From the NCBI GenBank assembly GCA_040182905.1, contig JARQWU010000066.1:1-41474 (forward strand): a stretch of 41,474 nucleotides of DNA. The letters are read 5' to 3'. The DNA is from Barthelona sp. PAP020. Taxonomy: Eukaryota. Below the pieces are notes generated by a model that saw nothing but the letters and a program-made list of their open reading frames with translations, made no database searches and was not told the origin of the DNA. The stretch's first letter is position 1. Every line of letters begins with the position of its first letter. Positions 28,950 through 37,256 of the stretch are shown here, piece by piece. The position numbers and the translations under genes are program-made.

Positions 28950-29399
28950 ATGGGTGTCACAGACGAATTAATTAATGAAAATAATAATACTGAATTTATT
29001 GAAGAAAATGATAATACTGAATCTATTGAAGCTAATGATGATGATTTAAATGCTTCAGAGGTGTTGGTTCCTAATGATTTGGATAATTTGTCATTATTAA
29101 GACAGTCTTTGTTAATTGTCACAGTTCCGATAATTTTGTTTATTTTTTCTTTCATCATATTAAAATGTGTTTTTCCTCTTTTGAATACTCGTTTAATTAG
29201 TTTTTTTATTGCGCTCATTGGAGTGAATATTGTTGTTTGGTCCACTGTGTTCAAATTGTGGAAGGAAGAGAAAAAGTGGACGATGTATAATCAATCTCTC
29301 AAAAAAATTGAATCCATTTCAGATGAAGAAAACCTATGGAATGAGTCTGATGTGATTGAGGAAGAATGTATTGAAGACGATAAAACGAAAGATGAATGA
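28950..29399 (+). CDS. VMA21: V-ATPase assembly factor VMA21-like ER membrane protein
   Basis: ATG at 28950. Two TM helices LLIVTVPIILF...IALIGVNIVVWSTVFKLWKE resemble VMA21 MITVPIGLYF...VAVHVVLALFVYVAWNE; ends KTKDE (KxKxx ER-retrieval signal). Confidence 0.7.
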   Translation: MGVTDELINENNNTEFIEENDNTESIEANDDDLNASEVLVPNDLDNLSLLRQSLLIVTVPIILFIFSFIILKCVFPLLNTRLISFFIALIGVNIVVWSTVFKLWKEEKKWTMYNQSLKKIESISDEENLWNESDVIEEECIEDDKTKDE

Positions 29400-30046
29400 A
29401 ATTGGGAAAGAAATTTCATTGCACATTTGTTTCTTTTTTTTTCTCAAGTACACGCATTTTTTTATCATAATTTTTTTGTAAAAGAGTTTGTACGTATCTT
29501 CAAATGCTTTTGTAAAGGATTTTTTTTTTATTGAGGAAATATGAAGGCATCTTTACTTAGAAAATCGAAAAGAAAACGACCACTGAAGAATTAACATTGA
29601 ATTTAGAAGAAATCGAAGAATTTCTGGCAATTTTTTAATAATTTCCAATTGTGTTCAGCCCATTTGGCTAACTTGGTTGAATTTGCCAGTTAAAGTAACT
29701 AACTATGAACAAAAATTAATTTTCAATGCCAAAAGGGAAATTTATCATTTCAGCGTTAGATATAAAGCTGTAAATCAGGCTAAATTGGGTAAAAATGTTA
29801 TTAAATATCAAGAGGCTAAAGTTGACCATAAATGATTGGTGATATTGACAACAATAAATCACTTTTGAATCCAAATCCAATTTTTTGTCATTTTTATTGT
29901 TTATTTTTTTCAATTCATTTTCGTTTCATAAAATTGTTACCATTTTTCTTTCTAAGTATTGTTTTTTTTTTGAAGAATTGAATACCTGAGAAAGTGACGG
30001 AGTTCCAAGCTTCCATCCATTTTCATTTTTTTTTGTTGTATTTATA

Positions 30047-30466
30047 ATGGGAAGAACTCATACAGTTGTTTCTGGTGGTTTATATGGTATTGGATTATGG
30101 ACTTTTATTGTTTCATATATCAATTTTATCGGTTACAAATCTTTTGTTTTTATGTTACCTATAATTCTTGTTTCTATTGGTATGTTGATTTGTAATTTTA
30201 CCAATATGTTTTCAATTTTATGTGATAATGATATTTTTGGTGGTAGTTCAAGTTTCAATGAAAATGACCGCATGAACAAATTTGTTATTTTTGTAGGATT
30301 AGTTATTGCGTTCTCTGGTATTATTTTTTCTTTATTCCTACCTGTTCAATTGGACGATTACAAAAATGTTAATGAGTCATGGGTTCAATTGCTTGGATGT
30401 TTCTTTTGTTTTATGGCCATGATTGTTTATCAATATTCAAATAAAAAGGATGACAGTATTTTTTAA
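30047..30466 (+). CDS. VPS68: Vps68/TMEM50 (UPF0220) family 4-TM protein
   Basis: VVSGGLYGIGLWTFI, PIILVSIGMLICN, KFVIFVGLVIAFSGII match the family pattern (VAGILFFTGWW, MIN, WLFVGFMLAFGSL). Confidence 0.7.
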   Translation: MGRTHTVVSGGLYGIGLWTFIVSYINFIGYKSFVFMLPIILVSIGMLICNFTNMFSILCDNDIFGGSSSFNENDRMNKFVIFVGLVIAFSGIIFSLFLPVQLDDYKNVNESWVQLLGCFFCFMAMIVYQYSNKKDDSIF

Positions 30467-30502
30467 AGAAAAATGTGAGTGTAAATTTTTATATTTTTTT
30501 TT

Positions 30503-30919
30503 TTACTCTTGACTACCATATACAGTTAAGTTTTTCAATCCTGAGAAAGCAGCATAACCTTCATCTAACCTTATACACAAAAATCGAGCTTGTACACCTT
30601 CAATCGTTTCAGCAACCCGCTCAAAAGTATTGGAAGGTTTATTACATATGACAACACCTGTCTCTTCAAACAAAGAATCACTGTCATATTCATCAGAACT
30701 GGAAATCAAAAATGAAATTCTTTCGGGTCCATTAACTTCCAAAACTATTTGATCTATTGTACACAATTTGGGAAATTCAACAACAATTTCTTGAGGATAC
30801 ATACCTGTTGTCATAAATACTGAATTTTTTTCCAAAAGATTTGATGGAGGGTAATTTGGATCAAAACAGGTTGTCATAATTATTTTCGTACCTTCTAGAT
30901 TGATTAGGTTTTCTGGCAT
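30503..30919 (-). CDS. IFT25: Intraflagellar transport protein 25 (HSPB11)
   Basis: ATG at 30919. GTKIIMTTCFDPNYPPSNLL...FMTTGMYPQEIVVEF...ARFLCIRLDEGYAAFSG..NLTVYG match IFT25 (DEKHPPENII, TTGMFPQEFII, LRFIIVSAFDHFASV). Confidence 0.9.
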   Translation of the reverse strand: MPENLINLEGTKIIMTTCFDPNYPPSNLLEKNSVFMTTGMYPQEIVVEFPKLCTIDQIVLEVNGPERISFLISSSDEYDSDSLFEETGVVICNKPSNTFERVAETIEGVQARFLCIRLDEGYAAFSGLKNLTVYGSQE

Positions 30920-30970
30920 GACACAAATACAAATAAAAATAAAAAATATATTCAAGTTTTATTTACCATT
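30920..30970. promoter_or_regulatory. Putative 51-bp bidirectional promoter/5'-UTR region shared by IFT25 and IFT27
   Basis: Only 51 AT-rich bases separate the two divergent ATGs. Promoter function is inferred from geometry. Confidence 0.6.
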
Positions 30971-31546
30971 ATGGTCACCTTACGTTGTAGATTATTGGTT
31001 GTTGGTGATCAAGCTGCAGGAAAGTCAGCAATGATTAAAAAATATTGTTATGACAAATTTCCATATGACTATGAATTATCCCATGGTGTTGAATTCTATT
31101 CAAAAGAAAATATACCTGTAGATGAAAAGAACGAAGATGCAAAGGTTGATTTGGCGATATTTGAATTGTCTGGGTCAGAATTATTTGAAAGTATGTTACT
31201 AAAATTGGCTTCAAAGACAGATGCTATCATTATTGCGGCTGATGCCACTGATTCTAATTCATTGAATAAAGTAGAAGAGTGGTTCAACAGATGGAGAGAG
31301 TTGAGAAACCCAACAGAATTTGATTCCACATATAGACCCATTATTGGTGCGATCGCTGCAACTAAGACTGATTTAACTGGATTAGTGCAGATTTCTACGA
31401 AACAAAGTGAAGAATTATCCTCTAGATTGAACCTACCCTTGTTTGAAATATCTGCAAGTGATGGACACAATGTTGAAGAACCTTTCAAGCATATTGCTCA
31501 TCAATTTTATTTGCAATATTTGGAAAGAGTTAAACAGCTATCATGA
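30971..31546 (+). CDS. IFT27: Intraflagellar transport protein 27 (RABL4), Rab-like GTPase
   Basis: MVTLRCRLLVVGDQAAGKS, GSELFESMLLKL, TKTDL, FEISA, NVEEPFKHIAHQFYLQYLERV (cf. IFT27 [33 protein letters not shown]); no C-terminal prenylation Cys. Confidence 0.9.
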   Translation: MVTLRCRLLVVGDQAAGKSAMIKKYCYDKFPYDYELSHGVEFYSKENIPVDEKNEDAKVDLAIFELSGSELFESMLLKLASKTDAIIIAADATDSNSLNKVEEWFNRWRELRNPTEFDSTYRPIIGAIAATKTDLTGLVQISTKQSEELSSRLNLPLFEISASDGHNVEEPFKHIAHQFYLQYLERVKQLS

Positions 31547-31629
31547 TTATCATTTTGTGAGGGGTTTTATGAAGAGTAAACAAATTGTAGTTTGTATGAA
31601 TTTTTTTTTTGTGTGCTTTTATCGTATTG

Positions 31630-33651
31630 ATGACTGATATTTCCGATATTTTCAAACACGGAAGTCTACAAACTCGATATGAAAAATTTAATGAGTTGTT
31701 GGATTTGTTGTTGATTGATGATTATGATTTGAACATTTTTTTTGAATGTTACCCCAAAATATTGAACACTTTATTTGGTTATCACAATAGATATGTTCCC
31801 AACGATATAAATACAAAGACAAATCTTCGTAGAGGTATACCTTTAGGAGATTCCAAATCCACTTCTGAATCAAGCAAATCTTGGTTGCATTCATTTGTTT
31901 CTGTTAATGATACAAAAAAGATTGATGCTCTATTTGATCCTAAAGGAAAATTTTTAACTTTCTTATCAAATTTTTCGAATAACAATGCTTTTAGATTTCA
32001 AATGACGGTTGATGTGAATGAATTAAGTGAGTACACCCAGCAAATTTGCCTAAATTGTGCCCAATATTTATATAACAAAAACACATACAAGGCCAATTTT
32101 CCTTTGGAACTTCAGACTTTTTTGAAGGACAGGTTCAATATTCAACAACAGAACAATATTGTTTTAAACTTATCAGCATATGAATATTTTCTTTATAAAT
32201 TCATCAGATTCCCTTTAAAACACATATACATGAAAGACAAGATTAAAACAGTATATTTGAAGTTGTTAAAAAGTTGGATTTCACATTTGGAAATATTCAG
32301 CAACAGCGAGCCTACTCTTCTTGGACAATTTTTTTTTGATCTCATTGGAGAGTTTTGGTTCAGATTCCCATTTCATTCTAACATGAAAGAAGTTAGCGTT
32401 GATTTGGGAAGTTCCTTAGTCTTTTGTATTGTTGGGTTGTTTAGGTACTTTGTTCAAAAAGATGCCTTTGAGTTCTTTCTCAATTACAATATGTTTAGTG
32501 GTATGACTACCGTGAGAACAAATTCAGCCACAATGACGCTTCATCCCTTTTATTTAGCTATTTACTTCCCGATTATTCGTATGGTATATAATCTGTGTTT
32601 GTTGACTTCAATTACCCCAAATTCTATTATATACAGATTAGATATATTGTTGTCATTACTCTCTCCCTGGAGGTTGGTTGAAAAACTTGAAAAAAAAGAT
32701 ATTTGGGAAAAATATGTTTTGATTCATCTGCAAATGTATTCAGTTGGACTTCATACATTGTTACGTCGTCTTTTACAATTTGATTTTGCAGGTAATAAGA
32801 ATTTGGCAATGCTTGTTCGAAGGATTTTCAAAAGCTTTACAACCAAAATATCGACTAACAACCAGACAGCTATGGAAATGATTGAGCATTTTGATTCTCT
32901 TACAAAGAATAGTATTTTTGAGTCAAAGACAGAAAGATTGTGTTCGTTCTACATTCAACTAAATCAACAGCATCTGTCGAGCATTTGCACAACACCTTAC
33001 AAAACCTTATTTTCCACCCAAACCGAAAGCACTGTTAAAACGTTAATGAACAACCTTTTGTTGGCATCACGAGCAGTCCATTCAGAGAAACATTTTGAAT
33101 TGTTTACCGGTAGAGAACCCAATTTGTTTGCTGATGCCTCACTGTACTTAGCAAATTGTTTCTGTTTAGACAGTCCTTTTAGCATGGATGAGAGTGATTT
33201 TAGACCACTTATTGAAGAAGATCATGAAGATTTGGAGAGAAAGAGTTACATTGAAAGGTTTGATGATTTCACACTCACACCAAGATCAGTTGATTCTTTA
33301 CTTCTTGGAAAAGTGAGATTGAATAAAAAAGAAGCTAAATTTTTAGGAGACGATGTATATGATCGTCCAATTAGATCTGATGAAATTAAGATCCTTGTGG
33401 AACCTTTAAAAGCTTTAACAAGGAAAGTTGAGAATTCAACAGGAAGAAAAATCAATTTTCGTTTGTTAGCAAGAAAAAATCTTTGGATTCTAGCATTATT
33501 TGTTGTTCTATTTTTATTTTTTGGAATAAAATTGATTAGATTCATTGTTGATGGTGTGAAATATGCCAATGAACAAAATTCAAGATATCAAAACAATCAA
33601 GGACAGATTAGAACCAACATAAATAGAGGAACAACCAATTATCCGCAATAA
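31630..33651 (+). CDS. SMPD4: SMPD4-like (neutral sphingomyelinase 3 family) tail-anchored protein
   Basis: ATG at 31630. LSAYEYFLYKF, LLSPWR, FLGDDVYDRPIRSDEI, INFRLLA plus a C-terminal TM match SMPD4 NPFEYYIFFF, LQPWR, YQGDPELQPIRSYEI, LSLRFL. Confidence 0.8.
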   Translation: MTDISDIFKHGSLQTRYEKFNELLDLLLIDDYDLNIFFECYPKILNTLFGYHNRYVPNDINTKTNLRRGIPLGDSKSTSESSKSWLHSFVSVNDTKKIDALFDPKGKFLTFLSNFSNNNAFRFQMTVDVNELSEYTQQICLNCAQYLYNKNTYKANFPLELQTFLKDRFNIQQQNNIVLNLSAYEYFLYKFIRFPLKHIYMKDKIKTVYLKLLKSWISHLEIFSNSEPTLLGQFFFDLIGEFWFRFPFHSNMKEVSVDLGSSLVFCIVGLFRYFVQKDAFEFFLNYNMFSGMTTVRTNSATMTLHPFYLAIYFPIIRMVYNLCLLTSITPNSIIYRLDILLSLLSPWRLVEKLEKKDIWEKYVLIHLQMYSVGLHTLLRRLLQFDFAGNKNLAMLVRRIFKSFTTKISTNNQTAMEMIEHFDSLTKNSIFESKTERLCSFYIQLNQQHLSSICTTPYKTLFSTQTESTVKTLMNNLLLASRAVHSEKHFELFTGREPNLFADASLYLANCFCLDSPFSMDESDFRPLIEEDHEDLERKSYIERFDDFTLTPRSVDSLLLGKVRLNKKEAKFLGDDVYDRPIRSDEIKILVEPLKALTRKVENSTGRKINFRLLARKNLWILALFVVLFLFFGIKLIRFIVDGVKYANEQNSRYQNNQGQIRTNINRGTTNYPQ

Positions 33652-33891
33652 AATTCAATAGTTCACGACTTTATGAAACAGAATATAAATAATTTTTTTT
33701 TAACAATTTTCTATCTTTTTGAATTTAGTTCCTTTGAAAAACAAGGAAAACAATAAAAATATGAAAACAAATGAATAAATATTAAAAACAAGAGATTTAT
33801 GAGAGAAATGGAGAGAAAGGCGGAATGTCTCAATTGGCGAAAAAATGGAATAAGAATATTTTAAGTTTTTAATTGTCAAAAGATATTATTT

Positions 33892-34866
33892 ATGAATCAA
33901 AATACAACCAGAAGCATAGGATTAAATAATACGACAATTGATTTTACAAAATCTTTGACCATTCCAGATTTTGATGATAGTTTAGTATCAATACAATCAA
34001 CTATATTGAATCATGTTGGACAATTAAAGAAATCTATCATCAACGAAGCTAATAATACCATTTTAGAAGAAAGAGAATTGTATGAAAATGAAATATCCAC
34101 AAAAAATGATTTTATTGGGCAATTGAAACAAACTGTAAATGATTTAAGTAATGAATTGGAAGATTCAGTTGTGACCAATGATAGATTATGTAGAATGCTT
34201 AATAGAAGTCTTTCAAAACGTTATAACAATAATTTAACAAAAAGTATTTTTTTAAAATGGTTTAACCATTCTAAAAAGTTGTTAGATGGACGAAAAGAAT
34301 GTTTAAAACGATCAACAAATAAAAATAGGGAAACAACGAAAAAGCTTTTCAATTTGTGGAAACGCAAACATCATAAATTAAAAGAAACAAAAAAAGAGAA
34401 AGAAATGCAAATTTTCATTTCTGAAAGTGTTGAAACAGTAACCAGTGATAAGACTGATATTATTGAGAACTTATCCAAAGAATTAGAAGCAACAAAGCAA
34501 TTACTAGAAGCGGAAAGACTTAACAATGCAAAGATTAGTGAAAATATTCGAACAATATTATTCAATGGAATGAACCAATTGGGTGCTGAGGTAATCAATC
34601 TTTACTCAACAAAAACAGTTATTGATTCTAATGTTGATTTGGAGGCAGAAAAATCTCCAATATTCAATTTTGACAATGTTGATCAATGTTCAAACAATCA
34701 CAAAATTGTGATTCCAAAATTGGAAGACAGAACAGAGATAGAAATAGTTGAAGCGCCAACAGAAACCAAAACTGTCACCAAAACTATCAAGAAATCCAAC
34801 AAATCAGTAGTTCAAAAAGACATTTCAATGGGTAAATATCGATTTACAGTTGAAACACCATTGTAA
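33892..34866 (+). CDS. POC5: Centriolar centrin-binding protein POC5-like
   Basis: Coiled coil with Sfi1-like repeats (SIFLKW, KLFNLW) and ENIRTILFNGMNQLGAEVINLY resembling POC5 [22 protein letters not shown]. Confidence 0.7.
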   Translation: MNQNTTRSIGLNNTTIDFTKSLTIPDFDDSLVSIQSTILNHVGQLKKSIINEANNTILEERELYENEISTKNDFIGQLKQTVNDLSNELEDSVVTNDRLCRMLNRSLSKRYNNNLTKSIFLKWFNHSKKLLDGRKECLKRSTNKNRETTKKLFNLWKRKHHKLKETKKEKEMQIFISESVETVTSDKTDIIENLSKELEATKQLLEAERLNNAKISENIRTILFNGMNQLGAEVINLYSTKTVIDSNVDLEAEKSPIFNFDNVDQCSNNHKIVIPKLEDRTEIEIVEAPTETKTVTKTIKKSNKSVVQKDISMGKYRFTVETPL

Positions 34867-35250
34867 TCATCAGAATAATAATAAAATTAGTTATTAAAAG
34901 TGTCCAGTATACTCTTTTAGAGTTTTTTAACAATTCTTTGACTGAAAATTGCAGCAATGATAAAAATTTGACTTTTTTTCTTTCAATTCATTATTACCAA
35001 CAAATTTTCATCTTAAACAAGTTAATAGTGGTTTAAACTGATTGTTATTTGATAAAATCTAACAACATCTAAAAAGAAAACTTCCCCTTACATTTAATCA
35101 CCAATTCATACAATATACATGTAGGATTATCAAAATATCAAAATATCAAAGGAATTTATTAAATATTTTTCAATGACTCAAGGAAGAGAAAGGGGGATTT
35201 TCTTTCCGAGATCTGTGAAAAAAATTTTATAAGGATTTTTTTCATCTAAA

Positions 35251-37023
35251 ATGCTTTCTGGTTTATTAGCTTCTACTGGTTTAGACGTTTTTACTTTACC
35301 TCCCATTTGGAACCGATTAATCAATGATTTAAAAGGTTATCCTGAACCTGAACAAAAAATTGATTTTATTCGTGATTTTTTAAAGAGCACTGTCCCTGAA
35401 GATACCGATAATCATGCAATTGTTACTGCTCTTTTGAGGAATTTTCCCAAAGCTTATCATTTATATGTGATTAATGTTTTTTCAACAGTATATAATTTTA
35501 CTTATCGTACATTAAAGACTTTTTTACAAGGTTTAAATGATAATGAAAAGACTTATGTGTTAGCTTTTTATGCACGTTGTTCACCTTTCTATAATCAAGC
35601 TCTCATACATGAATTTGTTCAAAATTTACCTTCTAGATTACGTGGTTATGTTATGTTACAACCAATAGGACAAGGATATTACGGACTTGATCCCAATTTT
35701 TTGTTTAAGCAACTTGATGAATGGGCTAAGCGTTGTCGAAGACCTGAAGAAATTACTCGTGTAATTGACACTATTTGTGTTACTTCAATTCAAACTGGTC
35801 ATATTAAGGATTTAGATTTATTTTTGATTGTAACTTTTAGCGATTTTACAAGACAAGCACTCAATCAATTTGATGTTGCTGGAAACTTTATTTGTAAATT
35901 ATGGCCAGTTCTTGATGATTATATGATTCTGGCAATGGCTCTTGCTTTGGGAAACAATCGTAATTTTGTTGATTTGATGAGTATGGGCTTGCCTGTCATT
36001 TCGAATGACAACGTTGTTGAAAGATTCAACTCTTTATCCAAACAAATATCTCCCAGTCATCCAGTTACAGCGCCAAATAGATTACCAAATCCTTTCCAAA
36101 GGATTTGGCTACCAGGTGTTCAATATCAACAGATGTCTCAACAACAAATGTATCAGCAAATGCCTCAGCAACAAATGTGTCAGCAAATGCCCCAGCAACC
36201 CACACCTGGGATTCAATCAATGAATCAGCAAATGCCTCAACAACCTAAACCTGGGATTCAACCTGCAAATCAACAGCAAATGTATCAACAAATGCCTCAA
36301 CAACAAACTACACCTGGTATTCAATCTGCGAATCAACAAATGCCTCAACAACCTACACCTGGTATTCAATCTGCTCAACAGCAAATGTATCAACAACAAC
36401 CTACACCAGGTATTCAATCTGCAAATCAACAAATGTCTCAACAACAAACTTATCAATCTCTATATCCATCACCTGAAAATTCATATCAACAACCTGTTCA
36501 ACAACCCATGCAACAACAAGCTCCTAATCAAAGTGGATACCAACAATGGACCCCTCAACCACCTCCCAGAAGAAATACCACTTTGTCCGAAATCGAAGAA
36601 TCATTGAATCAAACGACTAAGAACCTTTCTGACTCTATCAATTCTATGGTCAATTTCCTTGTCGTGGGTGGACAACAAACTCCTGCAAAGAGACCCCCAA
36701 CAGGCGACTATGAACCAAGATACTTTGCAGATTTTGTTCACTTAATAAACCCTGATGGATCATTTGCTCAAGTGTATATGTGTGCCTTAGGACGTCATTT
36801 AGTTTGGTCAATTGATCAAAACAGTCAAATTATTGGACAAATTGCAATTGTACCTGGTTGTCAAGTTTCTCCTGCTGGAACTGAGTTAAAAAGAGCTGCT
36901 GGTTTCTTGGCTTTTGCTCATTGTGTGGCAGTTACTTCTTTAGAAGGAAGAACTTATCTTTTTGGTGTGTCTGACAAGAATACTTGTGACAAGTGGATTC
37001 AAGCTATCAAGAATCAACTCTGA
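35251..37023 (+). CDS. Protein with helical N-terminal domain, Q/P tandem-repeat linker and C-terminal PH domain
   Basis: C-terminus GQIAIVPGCQV...HCVAVTSLEGRTYLFGVSDKNTCDKWIQAI has the PH-domain strand pattern and terminal W helix. Confidence 0.8.
   Translation: MLSGLLASTGLDVFTLPPIWNRLINDLKGYPEPEQKIDFIRDFLKSTVPEDTDNHAIVTALLRNFPKAYHLYVINVFSTVYNFTYRTLKTFLQGLNDNEKTYVLAFYARCSPFYNQALIHEFVQNLPSRLRGYVMLQPIGQGYYGLDPNFLFKQLDEWAKRCRRPEEITRVIDTICVTSIQTGHIKDLDLFLIVTFSDFTRQALNQFDVAGNFICKLWPVLDDYMILAMALALGNNRNFVDLMSMGLPVISNDNVVERFNSLSKQISPSHPVTAPNRLPNPFQRIWLPGVQYQQMSQQQMYQQMPQQQMCQQMPQQPTPGIQSMNQQMPQQPKPGIQPANQQQMYQQMPQQQTTPGIQSANQQMPQQPTPGIQSAQQQMYQQQPTPGIQSANQQMSQQQTYQSLYPSPENSYQQPVQQPMQQQAPNQSGYQQWTPQPPPRRNTTLSEIEESLNQTTKNLSDSINSMVNFLVVGGQQTPAKRPPTGDYEPRYFADFVHLINPDGSFAQVYMCALGRHLVWSIDQNSQIIGQIAIVPGCQVSPAGTELKRAAGFLAFAHCVAVTSLEGRTYLFGVSDKNTCDKWIQAIKNQL
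36112..36450 (+). repeat. Coding minisatellite encoding QQPTPGIQSANQQM-type units
   Basis: Five PGIQ units plus one PGVQ (cc(t/a)gg(t/g)attcaa) with interspersed QQM(Y/P)QQ blocks. Confidence 0.9.
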
Positions 37024-37256
37024 TATTTGCCTCAAAAATTAAAAAACAATAAACAATAAACCCTGATTTTATTTTTTGCCTGATTTATTTTCTTTTTTTC
37101 ATTCCATTTCCTTCGAAAGCCATTACAAGTAGTTCTTGCTGAACCAAATATATATGTGTATATTAGAATATCAAAATTATCCAGTATTGGATTGGAAAGA
37201 ACGACTAACTTTCTGAGCAGGTATGTAGTCAATGGTAAGATATTTGCAATAAAAAA

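Noticed and set aside
29655..29675. cagcccatttggctaa resembling the U2 snRNA 5' stem
   Set aside because: No following GATCAAGTGTAGTA branch-recognition sequence.
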